Of a stretch of 64,000 nucleotides of DNA, positions 9,566 through 19,269 are shown one piece after another (position 1 is the stretch's first letter; each line of letters begins with the position of its first letter). The DNA lies in NCBI GenBank assembly GCA_963713705.1, contig CAVQMY010000024.1, positions 746-64,745 of the forward strand, in the 5' to 3' direction. The notes beneath the pieces were generated by a model. That model did not search any database. It had not been told where the DNA came from and was given only the letters and a program-made list of their open reading frames with translations. Source of the stretch: an uncultured Verrucomicrobiae bacterium. GTDB taxonomy: Bacteria; Verrucomicrobiota; Verrucomicrobiia; Palsa-1439. A program made the translations under genes and the position numbers.

Positions 9566-11740
9566 CTACAGTGATTGGAGCATCTCGGCGGGCGGTTTCG
9601 CGATTTTGTCGATGCGGAGCTTTTGCGGGGTGGTTTCGCCGGCGGCTTCAACCGTGTCGCCGACCTTTTTATTCAGCAGCGTCTGCGCGAGGGCGGCGGG
9701 GTAACTGATGATGCCGCGCGCCGGATCGCCGTCCCACGCGCCGAGGATGTGATAGGTCTGCGACCGGTTGGCGCTGAGGTCCGTCACGGTGACACTGGTG
9801 CCGATACTGACGACATCGGTCTTGGTGTCGGCGAAGTCGGTCGGCTGGGCGCGCGATAAGAGGATTTCCAGTTCGGCGCGTCGGCGCATGAGAAGCTTCT
9901 GCATGTCCTTGGCGGCTTTAAATTCGAAATTCTCGCGCAGATCGCCGTAACTGCGGGCCAGCCCGATCTCTTTGCTGTTCTGCGGGATCTTTTTCTGGAT
10001 GATGTCGTCGAGTTCGGCGCGGCGCTTGTTGTAGCTGCCCCACGAGACGATGAGCGGCTGCTCCTTGACGGTTTTGGTGACGAGAAACTCCTGCACGAAC
10101 GGATGCTCTTTGACGACGCGCGCGAGGAGCGAGCGGCGATCCAGTTCTTCGAAGGCCGAGGTGGAGAGAATCAGGCGGGCAATCTTGCGCACGGTCTCGG
10201 TGTCGGCCTCAACCAAAAGATCGGCCATGAGTTCCTCTTCCCCGAAGAGCACATCGCGCAGCTTCTTGCTCACGGACTTGTTGGGGGCGGACTCGATCGA
10301 CTCGATGACGGCGAACAGCAGCCCGGGAGTTTGCAGTCCATCCAGCCACGGATGCGCCTTGCGGGAAGCGGGAGTTGAGATGTTCCGGCAAATCCAGCAC
10401 AATAATTCCGTTCCGGCAGTTTGATTGTGGACCCATTGCTCAATCGCGTCGGCTCTCTGGGCAAGCACGTCCGGAATCTCATCGAGGGACTTGGTGGACA
10501 ACCGGTTCAGTTCCCGCACCAAGCGGTCAGGATCGGCGGTCTTGAGGACAGCCAGCGCCCGCCTTTGAGTCGACGTGCCCAACTCGTCCAACACCGTCGA
10601 CAGATTCGGGGTTGTCGACAGGAAGCTGGCAAGCAAGGCCGTGGTGTCCTCAGCGGGCGCCTTCTGGTGCTCGCGTAGTTCTTCAAGAACGACGATAGCT
10701 TCGATGCGCTCAACGTACCGGCTCGCCGGAGTTTTCTGGAGCGTTTCGAGCAGCGTGTCCTGAAACTCCTCGATCAAAAGCTCGGCGTTTTCGAGTTCGT
10801 CCACGAGCTTGAGGAACTGGCGGGCCACCTCGATCTGCTGGGTGAGCCCTTTGGCATCGTGGAAAGCCTCGAGAAGTTCGTCCTGCTGTGAAACCGGCGC
10901 GGTGCGCAGAACGACGGGACCGGTTTTCTTCGCCGGGAGATCAAAGTGGGAGTCTTTCTTCAACAGCTTGCGCGTGTTCTCCCACCATTTTTTCCATTGG
11001 TCGGCGGGAATGACCGTGCCCACGAGCAACGCTTCAATCCGCTCGGTCGTGGCCGCGCGGTGCTGGCTGAGAAGCACGAGACGGAGCAGCGCGACGGGGT
11101 CTGCGGCGGCGAGCCGCTTCAGGCCATCGACGTCGGTAAGCTTGCGGACTTCGATGTGGTCGTTGCTGACGGGCGTGAGGCTGTCGGCGGCGTAGGCCAG
11201 CTGCATGGAGTGGGATGGATTGTGGGCGAAGCCGACGACGATCTGGCCGAGTGTCGTGTCGAAGGATTTCACACGGCCGACCCCCCAACTCTTGTGCTGG
11301 CCGTAGGTCCCTGCTTGAAGGGCGAGCAAAGTTTCAATCCGGGCAATTGCGGTGGGCAGAGGTGTACGATTTTGATCAAGCTCCGCGACGGCGAGGATGG
11401 TCTTCAGGCGGGGGTCGGACTCGTGGAGCTGGCTAAAGGCCATGACAAGCTCGGCCCGGAGCTGCTTGTCAGTTGGCTTCGCTTCTGCTTGCAGCTTAAG
11501 GGCATAGAGCCATTCGTGATGTTTGCCGTCGGATTTGATGCTCTCGGTGATCAGTGAGGCCAGTTCGGCGGCCATTTCGGTCTGTCCGGCGTCGGCAAAT
11601 TCTTTCACGAGTAGGAGCAGAAACTCGGGTTGGTCAGAGAATTGCTCTGCTAGCTCCAGCCAAAGGGCTTGGGCGCCGTCCCAGTCGGATCGGGACAGGA
11701 GGTCTTTAAGTTGCTGATGATGTTGTTGTGTTGAACTCAT
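9566..11740 (-). CDS. greA: Transcription elongation factor GreA with long N-terminal extension
   Basis: C-terminal ARSYGDLRENFEFKAAK...VSIGTSV...ISYPAALAQTLLNKKVGD is the Gre domain with both catalytic acidic residues. Confidence 0.85.
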   Translation of the reverse strand: MSSTQQHHQQLKDLLSRSDWDGAQALWLELAEQFSDQPEFLLLLVKEFADAGQTEMAAELASLITESIKSDGKHHEWLYALKLQAEAKPTDKQLRAELVMAFSQLHESDPRLKTILAVAELDQNRTPLPTAIARIETLLALQAGTYGQHKSWGVGRVKSFDTTLGQIVVGFAHNPSHSMQLAYAADSLTPVSNDHIEVRKLTDVDGLKRLAAADPVALLRLVLLSQHRAATTERIEALLVGTVIPADQWKKWWENTRKLLKKDSHFDLPAKKTGPVVLRTAPVSQQDELLEAFHDAKGLTQQIEVARQFLKLVDELENAELLIEEFQDTLLETLQKTPASRYVERIEAIVVLEELREHQKAPAEDTTALLASFLSTTPNLSTVLDELGTSTQRRALAVLKTADPDRLVRELNRLSTKSLDEIPDVLAQRADAIEQWVHNQTAGTELLCWICRNISTPASRKAHPWLDGLQTPGLLFAVIESIESAPNKSVSKKLRDVLFGEEELMADLLVEADTETVRKIARLILSTSAFEELDRRSLLARVVKEHPFVQEFLVTKTVKEQPLIVSWGSYNKRRAELDDIIQKKIPQNSKEIGLARSYGDLRENFEFKAAKDMQKLLMRRRAELEILLSRAQPTDFADTKTDVVSIGTSVTVTDLSANRSQTYHILGAWDGDPARGIISYPAALAQTLLNKKVGDTVEAAGETTPQKLRIDKIAKPPAEMLQSL

Positions 11741-11808
11741 TTGATATCAGGGAGATTCTGTGTTTGCGACAAAGACGATAGCGAACGACAAACCGCTGGT
11801 CCGCCAGC

Positions 11809-11837
11809 TTGACGATGCTGGTGGCCAGAGATACGAT
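11809..11837 (+). promoter_or_regulatory. Sigma-70-type promoter for wza-wzc (near-leaderless transcript)
   Basis: TTGACG-17 nt-TACGAT, 9 nt before ATG 11847. Confidence 0.5.
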
Positions 11838-11846
11838 AAAATACTC

Positions 11847-12542
11847 ATGAGGTGGATTTCCACGTTTGGTGCACTTTGGCTATTGCTTGCCGCCGGGTGC
11901 CAGTCTAACCAAAATGTACAGGTCTTGTCTCCAGAGAAATTTGCTGCCACAACCGGCGGTGGAGCCTACAGCACCGTCGACACGAATGCAACGACCGGAA
12001 CCAACACCAAGCCGCGGGTGATTGTCCCCGGCGTCAGCATCAGCGTGACCGTGGACCAGGATCACAGTCTCGATCACGTCTACGTGGTGCCGATCAGCGG
12101 GGCGATTGACTTTGTGCCGCTCGGTCGTGTGCCGGCGGAGGGACTGACGGCCGATGAGGTGGCGCAGAAGATCAAGGAAGGCTTGGAGAAAGACTATTTC
12201 CAGAAGGCCACGGTAACCGTGGCCATCGAGTCCGCCCTCGCCACGGGTGGCGGCGGTGCGGGGGGCGTCATCTACGTGATCGGGAACGTGAATCGGCCCG
12301 GTCCGTTGTTGCTGCCGAAGGACGAACGTTTCACGGTGACCAAGGCGATCATCGCGGCGGGCAACTTCGCGACGTTTGCCAATGGCGGCAAAGTGCAACT
12401 GATCCGCTACGACAAACTGGGAAAAAAATACCTCACGTACATCGATGTGGATCGAATCATGAAGCGCGGTGAGTTTGAAAAGGACATCCAGGTCCAGGAC
12501 GGCGACTGGATCATCGTGCCGGAGAAGTTGATCAACTTTTAG
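11847..12542 (+). CDS. wza: Polysaccharide export lipoprotein (short OPX/Wza: Poly_export plus one SLBB domain)
   Basis: Lipobox LLAAGC; G.I....G...AEGLT; VIGNVNRPG; ends GDWIIVPEKLINF. Confidence 0.85.
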   Translation: MRWISTFGALWLLLAAGCQSNQNVQVLSPEKFAATTGGGAYSTVDTNATTGTNTKPRVIVPGVSISVTVDQDHSLDHVYVVPISGAIDFVPLGRVPAEGLTADEVAQKIKEGLEKDYFQKATVTVAIESALATGGGGAGGVIYVIGNVNRPGPLLLPKDERFTVTKAIIAAGNFATFANGGKVQLIRYDKLGKKYLTYIDVDRIMKRGEFEKDIQVQDGDWIIVPEKLINF

Positions 12543-12544
12543 CC

Positions 12545-15139
12545 ATGGGGGGCCAGGACGCCAAACGGGAGTTGCCTATGATGAACCAAAACGCCGCGGA
12601 ACCCAGGTCCGAGAGCGTCGACATCAAGGAGTACGTCGTCGTACTGCTGAAGCGGAAGTGGCTTGTGCTGATTTGCTTTCTGCTCAGCATGGCCGGCACC
12701 ACGGCGTTCCTGTTTACCCGACAACAAATTTACGAAGCGGATGCCAAGTTGCTGGTGACCACCGCCGGCGGATCGGTGCCGGTTTCCGAAGTGACGCGCG
12801 AGGACGAGAGCCGGTTCTATGCCACGCAGATTGAGATTCTCACCGAGCAAACCATGTTGCATCGCGTCCAGTTGCGGATGCGGAAGACCCAGGACGAAAT
12901 CCGGGAAAACCTCGCGGACCTGAAAGTCGAGCCCGTTCGTGGCGCGGCGGTCCTGATGGTCCGCGTGCAAAGTCCCTCGACGGATTTTGCGAAGGATTTC
13001 GACAACACGCTCTGCGAGGAATACATGCATTTTCGTGACGAGCAGCGCGCGCAAAGTTCCGAGTCCGCGCTGCTGATGTTGACGCGGGAAATCAAGCGTC
13101 TCGGGGAAGAAAAGCAGGCGGCGACCGAGAAGATGCTGGACTATGCCAAGCGGAACCACGTGGATCCGATGGGCAGCGTGGGGTTCGCCTGGTACAAGCG
13201 GTTCAACATGCTGAACTACGGTTATGCCACGGCCGCCAAAGCCTACAACGAGGCCAAGACGCGCAAGGAATTGCTCGACAGCCGGCCGGATACCTCGACG
13301 GTGCTGGCCCTGCTGGCAGCGGAACGCGAGGAGGGGATCGATTCGTTCGCGCAAGGGGCAGCCAGCTCCAATGAAGCCCAGCGGGTTATCTCCAAGGGGA
13401 TGCAACTGGACATCTTTGTGGAAGAAGATCCCTCCCTGAACACACAGCTGCAGGTTGGGATGGACGGCACCATTAACTATCCCGGCATCGGCGCCATACC
13501 GGCCGATGGTCTCACAGCGCAGGCTCTTGCCGAAAATATCAAGCAGGGACTGTTGGGCAACAAACTGGTCAAACCCAAGGAATGGGGTGACCGCGGTGGG
13601 ATCGTTTACACGGATGAGATGCAGAAGGTCATGACGGCCACGGTGAGAATCATGGTCGAAGATCCGAACGCCCCTCCCGTCGGCGACGTTCAAGCGAAAG
13701 CCTCGGACGAATTGGGCCGGTACTCTTTTGGCGCATTGAATGAAACGGTATCCAAACAACTCTTTGAACTGGAGAGACGGAAGCGGGAATTGGAGGTCAA
13801 GCTGGATGGAATGCGCAAGATCTACAAACCGCGACATCCGGCGCTGATGGAAGTTGAGCAACAACTGACCGAGACAACCTCACAGATTAATGGGGAGATC
13901 GAGTTTATCCGGCAGAAGGCGGACGCGGATCTGGTGGTCGCCAAGAAAAACTTTGATGAAATGTCGGCCTTGGGCAAGCAACTGGACGACGCCGTGTATA
14001 TCGACGGTGAAAAGGCGACCGAATGGAAGACGTTGAAGGATGACGTTGACCAAATCCAAAGCCTCTACAATGCACTTCTGTCCCAGTTGATGAAAATTGA
14101 TGTGTCGCAGGGATTCAATTCGCGGACCGTGTCCGTATTGGAGCCCGCCCTTCTACAACCCGAGCCCGTCTACCCCAAGAAGATGAAGATCTTGCTGATG
14201 GCAGCGTTCTTTGGCCTGGGCATGGGATTGGCACTGGCGTTCTTCATCGAGTACATCGACGATTCCATCAAGTTGGCGGAGGAGGTCGAGCGTGATCTGC
14301 AACTGCCGTTCCTCGGGATGATCCCGGCCGCGCAATGGAACCCCGACGATCTTAGCGCCCATCGGCTGGACCGGCTGAAACAACAGGGCGGCGTCGCTGA
14401 ATCGTATCGCGTCGTCCGCTCGGCAATCATCTTCTCCACGCCGCGCGAGAAACTTCGTTCGATTCTGGTCACCAGCGCGGTGCCGCGCGAAGGCAAGACC
14501 ACCACGTGCGTGAATCTCGCCATCGGGTTCTCGCAGGTCGAGGACCGGGTGTTGCTGGTCGATGCGGATCTCCGTCGCGGCGAGACCCACAAGTATTTTG
14601 GCTTTGAAAAAGAAAAAGGGTTGGCCGATGTGCTGCTCGGGGAAGCGACGCCCGAAGAAGTCATCAAGCGCGGTGATGTTGCCAAACTGGACGTCATCAC
14701 TTGCGGCGCCTATCCGGCGAACCCGGCGGAGTTGCTGCTCGGATGGCGGTTGAAGGAGTTCCTCGAGTGGGCCTACAAACAGTACGACCGGGTGGTCGTG
14801 GATTGCCCGCCCGTGATGGGCATCGCGGACAGTGCCATTCTCGGCTCGGCCGTTGACGGCGTCCTGTTCATCATCTGGGCTGGTCGCACCTCGCGCCGGT
14901 ATGTCCGCGTGGCGAAGATGACCGCGGTCAGCCGCGGGGCGAAGGTGTTTGGTTTCGTGCTCAACAACCTTGAACCCGGCCGTGTCGGCTACTACCATTA
15001 CTACCCATACTACTACAGCTACTACTCGCGCGGGTATTACTACGCCCACAAAGAAGACGAGGGCAAGGGTGGCGATATCAAGGGCATCGAGGTCCCCTCG
15101 CAGCAAGACGGCAAAGACGAAATCGACGACGTGTATTGA
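12545..15139 (+). CDS. wzc: Polysaccharide co-polymerase / BY-kinase (Wzc) with an inserted Poly_export-like domain
   Basis: Two TM helices; Walker A SAVPREGKTT; VDADLRR; VVDCPP; Tyr-rich tail YYHYYPYYYSYYSRGYYY. Confidence 0.9.
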   Translation: MGGQDAKRELPMMNQNAAEPRSESVDIKEYVVVLLKRKWLVLICFLLSMAGTTAFLFTRQQIYEADAKLLVTTAGGSVPVSEVTREDESRFYATQIEILTEQTMLHRVQLRMRKTQDEIRENLADLKVEPVRGAAVLMVRVQSPSTDFAKDFDNTLCEEYMHFRDEQRAQSSESALLMLTREIKRLGEEKQAATEKMLDYAKRNHVDPMGSVGFAWYKRFNMLNYGYATAAKAYNEAKTRKELLDSRPDTSTVLALLAAEREEGIDSFAQGAASSNEAQRVISKGMQLDIFVEEDPSLNTQLQVGMDGTINYPGIGAIPADGLTAQALAENIKQGLLGNKLVKPKEWGDRGGIVYTDEMQKVMTATVRIMVEDPNAPPVGDVQAKASDELGRYSFGALNETVSKQLFELERRKRELEVKLDGMRKIYKPRHPALMEVEQQLTETTSQINGEIEFIRQKADADLVVAKKNFDEMSALGKQLDDAVYIDGEKATEWKTLKDDVDQIQSLYNALLSQLMKIDVSQGFNSRTVSVLEPALLQPEPVYPKKMKILLMAAFFGLGMGLALAFFIEYIDDSIKLAEEVERDLQLPFLGMIPAAQWNPDDLSAHRLDRLKQQGGVAESYRVVRSAIIFSTPREKLRSILVTSAVPREGKTTTCVNLAIGFSQVEDRVLLVDADLRRGETHKYFGFEKEKGLADVLLGEATPEEVIKRGDVAKLDVITCGAYPANPAELLLGWRLKEFLEWAYKQYDRVVVDCPPVMGIADSAILGSAVDGVLFIIWAGRTSRRYVRVAKMTAVSRGAKVFGFVLNNLEPGRVGYYHYYPYYYSYYSRGYYYAHKEDEGKGGDIKGIEVPSQQDGKDEIDDVY

Positions 15140-15161
15140 CCGCCGTTTTCGCGGGGGACTC

Positions 15162-16319
15162 CTAGTGTAGTGTCCAATAAGTGATTGATATTATTGTCGG
15201 ACGGGGTAAACTCCCGTCATGCCGCGTTGCGCTCAACCACTGGTATTGACCGTCCTAGAACAGAAACAACTGACCGACCGTGTGCGGGATCGCCGTTCGA
15301 CACAGCAGACCGCGTTGCGGGCCCGTATCATCCTGCTGGCCGCCCAAGATTGGGAGAACCGAGAGATTGCCGCGGAACTGGAAACGACCCCACACACCGT
15401 GGGAGTCTGGCGGCGGCGGTTTGCGCGCGAGCGACTGGCAGGGCTCGAAGATGCGCTACGGTCAGGGCAACCCGTGTCGTTGGCGACGGCGACGGTGACC
15501 AAGGTGCTCACGACGGCGACCCGACCGCCCAAAGGGCGATCCCGCTGGAGTGTGCGCAGCATGGCCCGCAGCGCCGGGCTGTCCAAGAGTCGCGTACAGC
15601 AACTCTGGCAGGCTAACGACCTCAAACCGCACCGGGTGCGCACCTTCAAACTCTCGCGGGATCCGCAGTTCGAGGCGAAGTTCTGGGATGTCATCGGGCT
15701 GTATCTGCAACCGCCGCAGAAGGCGCTGGTGCTGTGCTGCGATGAGAAGAGCCAGTGTCAGGCTTTGGAACGCAGCCAGCCGGGCTTGCCCCTTGGCGTG
15801 GGCCACATTCGCACTCGTACCCATGACTACGTGCGCCACGGCACCACGACACTGTTTGCCGCACTGAGCACGCTGGACGGCCGGGTGATTGCACGCACGG
15901 AGACCCGCCACACCCATCTGGAATGGCTGCGGTTCCTACGCCAGATTGAGCGGGAGACGCCGCCCGCACTGACGCTGCACCTGATCGTGGACAACTATGC
16001 CACGCACAAGCACCCGGCGGTCCGCGCGTGGCTGGCCCGGCATCCACGCGTGCGGCAGCACTTCACTCCCACGAGCAGCTCGTGGCTGAATCTGGTCGAA
16101 CGCTTCTTCCGTGACCTGACCGAGGAGGTCGTTCGGGAGGGCAGCTTTCGCAGTGTGCGCGAACTGGTGCGCACGATCGAAGTCTGGTTGGCAGAACGCA
16201 ATCGCCAACCCCAGCGCTATGTGTGGCACGCCAAGGGTACCGCCATCCTGGAGAAAATCATCCGCGCCCGCGCTAAACTCGAAGAAATAAAGGCAGACAC
16301 TTCAAGGACACTACACTAG
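15162..16319 (+). mobile_element. IS630-family insertion sequence
   Basis: Terminal inverted repeats TAGTGTAGTGTCC (15163-15175) and GGACACTACACTA (16306-16318), with CTAG at both ends. Confidence 0.92.
15219..16319 (+). CDS. IS630 transposase
   Basis: N-terminal HTH; DDE motifs CCDEKSQ, IVDNYATH, LNLVERFF; the stop codon is the TAG of the right-hand CTAG. Confidence 0.93.
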   Translation: MPRCAQPLVLTVLEQKQLTDRVRDRRSTQQTALRARIILLAAQDWENREIAAELETTPHTVGVWRRRFARERLAGLEDALRSGQPVSLATATVTKVLTTATRPPKGRSRWSVRSMARSAGLSKSRVQQLWQANDLKPHRVRTFKLSRDPQFEAKFWDVIGLYLQPPQKALVLCCDEKSQCQALERSQPGLPLGVGHIRTRTHDYVRHGTTTLFAALSTLDGRVIARTETRHTHLEWLRFLRQIERETPPALTLHLIVDNYATHKHPAVRAWLARHPRVRQHFTPTSSSWLNLVERFFRDLTEEVVREGSFRSVRELVRTIEVWLAERNRQPQRYVWHAKGTAILEKIIRARAKLEEIKADTSRTLH

Positions 16320-17627
16320 CAGGCTACTAAAGAAGTCTGCATTACGGCAGTGGTTTGGGTGATGGCGGTTTGGGAGGGCTGTAACGATGCCCTGTCCTGA
16401 GTGTCGTGCGGGTTGAGCCAACAGTTCGACATAATCGGTCGGTTCATGAACTGGTCTCCAAACGAACCAGTCGCACCAAGTTGTACGCGCTGACCATCAC
16501 CAGGACCTCTTGGGCAATCTTCCACCGACCTACGAAGCGGGTTCGGGCCAGCCGGCCCACCGTCTTGCACCAGCCGAAGATTTCTTCGACCCGTTTGCGG
16601 AGGCGTTGGCTGACCCGGTAGCGCGCCGTGCGCATCCGCTGCCGTGCTCGGTGGCGGGCCCGCCCGGCCGCATCCCGGGCCACGAGGCGCCCCCGGCGAA
16701 TCGGCACGTGCGGTTCGATCCCGGTGCGCTCCAACTGCGCCAGAAACTTGCCGTCCTGGTAACCGCCATCCAGGCCCAGCGTTCGCGGATGCAGTCGCTG
16801 TCGACGTTTGGCGCGTCGCACCAACGCCCGCGCTTGCCGCCGCTCGGCGTGTCCGTCCGCGGCATCCACGGCGACGCCGACGCACAGACCGTGACGGTTC
16901 TCCATTAACACGTGCGCGCTGTGGCACAACTGCGCCTCCTTGCCCAGGCCCTTGCGCGCCAAGCGGGCTTGGGGATCGGTGGCACTCTGGTGGGTGTCGT
17001 TGGTGCGACGCTGCCCATGAAAGTTCACCGTCGGATTGCCCGGATCGTCGGGCGGTTCGCTGGACGCGGCGCCGTCCTTGGGCTGCACGCTCTTCAGGCT
17101 GGCCCACGAGCGTAGCAACGTGCCGTCCACCGTAAAGTGTTCGTCACTGACGTAGCCTTCCAGCATCGCTTGGCGCACCAGCGCATCGAAGAACGCCTGC
17201 ACCAATCCATGCTCGGCAAAACGCTCACGGTTGACGCTGAACACTTCCGGCGTCCACGCGCGTTGCTCCAACGGCAAGTCCACGAACCACCGATACAGTT
17301 GGTTGAACTCGATATGCTCCATCAGGGCGATCTCACTACGGATCGAGTACAGCGCTTGCAGCAGCAGGGCTTTGAGCAATTGCTCCGGCGGAATGGAGGG
17401 CCGCCCCAGCGAACTATAGGCGCGGGTAAACTGCCGATTCATCTGGGCCAACAGTTCGTCACAGCGGCGCTTGATGGGCCGCAATGGATGGTTCGGGGGC
17501 ACCCGCTGCTCCAACGAAACGACCACAAACAACGACTCTTGCCGATCAATCTGTCCACGCATGCGAAACCCTCCCTGTTCGCCACGTAGTATAACCGGCC
17601 CGTCAACCCGACTTCTTTAGTACCCTG
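16320..17627 (-). mobile_element. IS5-family insertion sequence
   Basis: Inverted repeats CAGGCTACTAAAGAAGTC and GACTTCTTTAGTACCCTG (17/18 match); CTAG direct repeats at 16316-16319 and 17628-17631. Confidence 0.9.
16444..17562 (-). CDS. IS5-family transposase
   Basis: VPPNHPLR, GRPSIPPEQLLKALLLQALYSIRSE, TVDGTL, LDGGY, RKRVEEIFGW. Confidence 0.9.
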   Translation of the reverse strand: MRGQIDRQESLFVVVSLEQRVPPNHPLRPIKRRCDELLAQMNRQFTRAYSSLGRPSIPPEQLLKALLLQALYSIRSEIALMEHIEFNQLYRWFVDLPLEQRAWTPEVFSVNRERFAEHGLVQAFFDALVRQAMLEGYVSDEHFTVDGTLLRSWASLKSVQPKDGAASSEPPDDPGNPTVNFHGQRRTNDTHQSATDPQARLARKGLGKEAQLCHSAHVLMENRHGLCVGVAVDAADGHAERRQARALVRRAKRRQRLHPRTLGLDGGYQDGKFLAQLERTGIEPHVPIRRGRLVARDAAGRARHRARQRMRTARYRVSQRLRKRVEEIFGWCKTVGRLARTRFVGRWKIAQEVLVMVSAYNLVRLVRLETSS

Positions 17628-18050
17628 CTAGACATCGAAAATCACTACCGCGCGCCACGAGCCGTCGGGCTGTGATTCTACGCGGAGTTGATGGTAGGTG
17701 ACGGCTTTGATTTCTTCGTTGGTCTGCGACCGCGCGAAGTCGATCGGGCCGCCGCGGAGCGTGGCCTTGACACGATGGGGCGTTAATTCGTGAAACTGAA
17801 AGTCGTCGTATAAAATGTGGTTCGCCTCGATTTCATACAGGAGATCGGCGAGCCAGTCATGCAACAGATCTTCCGCTGATTCGGCATGGAGTTCGACGGA
17901 TTTGTGGAGGTTGCTTTCCGGTTTGTACAATCGCCCGAGCGCCTCGTGCATGGCGCGGGCGGCGTTTTCGAACAATTCGGCGAGGCTGTTGCCATAGACG
18001 CGGACGCCGATGTCCACCGTGTGGTCGAAGAATTCGAACCGATCAGTCAC
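17628..18050 (-). CDS. Archease
   Basis: GTG start; FEFFDHTVDIG and IKAVTYH...VIFDV* are archease hallmarks. Confidence 0.88.
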   Translation of the reverse strand: MTDRFEFFDHTVDIGVRVYGNSLAELFENAARAMHEALGRLYKPESNLHKSVELHAESAEDLLHDWLADLLYEIEANHILYDDFQFHELTPHRVKATLRGGPIDFARSQTNEEIKAVTYHQLRVESQPDGSWRAVVIFDV

Positions 18051-18429
18051 TCTTGTAGTTTGCCCACTTCGCTTTGCGATCCGCAACCAGTTTGTCGAAT
18101 CTTTCAAGCTGGTCGGGCCGCAACACGACGCGGGCCTTGGCATAGAAATCATCCAACGCCGCCAGGACCTTCGGCTGGCACTGACTGCGCGCGTCCGTGA
18201 TCTGCACGTGCGCAGCCTGAACGAGTGTGAGCACCTGCTCCCGCTGTGCTGCATCGAGGCGTAGTTGCCGGGACCACCACCGGGTGATCTCCTCCGCAGT
18301 AAACGCGGTTTGACCGTGCAACACACGTTGGAGACGCCTGGCCGCCGCGTCGCGCATCAGAAACGCGCCGGTGGTCATTCCCAGCAGGAACACCACTACC
18401 ACTCCGAGGATCGCCTTCCAGTTCTTCAT
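18043..18429 (-). CDS. Exported helical protein (Spy/CpxP-like)
   Basis: N-terminal TM/signal; L.LDAAQREQV and VLRPDQLERFD resemble LTxxQ repeats. Confidence 0.65.
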   Translation of the reverse strand: MKNWKAILGVVVVFLLGMTTGAFLMRDAAARRLQRVLHGQTAFTAEEITRWWSRQLRLDAAQREQVLTLVQAAHVQITDARSQCQPKVLAALDDFYAKARVVLRPDQLERFDKLVADRKAKWANYKSD

Positions 18430-18430
18430 A

Positions 18431-18718
18431 CTATTCACCACCAATCAGGCCCGCCAGGGCCGTTTCGCCTCCCGCTCCGAGCGCGGCCTCCGTGCCCGTT
18501 TGGGATTGCACATTGTAGGACCATGCGCCGGTGACGACGACAATGGTTGCAAACACGGGCATGAGTCGCCACGTGAGAGCCGCCCACGGCGTCGGCTGTT
18601 CCCGGTCTTCTCGCAGGGCCGCCAGCAGCCGCGTCTCGAAGCCGTACTCGGCGCGCGAGGTGTCGGGACGCGACCCACGTGCGGTCTGAAACAGTTGGTT
18701 CAGTTGTTCATCGTTCAT
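18431..18718 (-). CDS. Probable single-TM anti-sigma factor
   Basis: Overlaps the end of the ECF sigma gene; GFETRLLA followed by one TM helix. Confidence 0.65.
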   Translation of the reverse strand: MNDEQLNQLFQTARGSRPDTSRAEYGFETRLLAALREDREQPTPWAALTWRLMPVFATIVVVTGAWSYNVQSQTGTEAALGAGGETALAGLIGGE

Positions 18719-19256
18719 GGCTCGTCTCCAGAATCTTCTTGAGCACCTGTCGCGCGCGAAACGCGCGCACTTTTACGTTCGACTCACTCCAGCCGGTCAG
18801 CTTCGCCGTTTCGCGCACCGGCCGTTCCTCCAGTTCCAGCAACGTAATCACGAGTCTCTGGTCAGGGGTGAGCCTGGTCAAGGCCCATTGCAGCAGCTCG
18901 CGGGCATGCTCAACGTTGCCGCTGGGTTGCGTGCCGATTTCAATCCCGTCAAGCGGTACGCTTTCCCGATCGTGGCGCGTCGCGCGCAGGAAGTCATAGC
19001 AGGAGCGCACCGCGATGCGCGACACCCAATGCTCGAAGGGCGCGTCGCCGCGAAAACTCTTCAACCTTCGATAGGCCTTCACGAAAATCTCCTGGCAAAT
19101 GTCCTGCAGTTCGGCGTCGTTATGGGCGAACCGCGCCGCGATACCGAACACTTTTCGCTTGTGCCGGGCCACCAAGGCCCCGAACGCCTCATCGTCGCCC
19201 GCGAGGGTGGACTCAATGAGGCGTTGATCTGTCGGTTCATCGATCGGGGCGCTCAT
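18708..19256 (-). CDS. ECF RNA polymerase sigma factor
   Basis: GDDEAFGALV, DICQEIFVKAY...F..W..RIA..., VKVRAFRAR. Confidence 0.92.
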   Translation of the reverse strand: MSAPIDEPTDQRLIESTLAGDDEAFGALVARHKRKVFGIAARFAHNDAELQDICQEIFVKAYRRLKSFRGDAPFEHWVSRIAVRSCYDFLRATRHDRESVPLDGIEIGTQPSGNVEHARELLQWALTRLTPDQRLVITLLELEERPVRETAKLTGWSESNVKVRAFRARQVLKKILETSHER

Positions 19257-19269
19257 CGCGCCGCTATTA

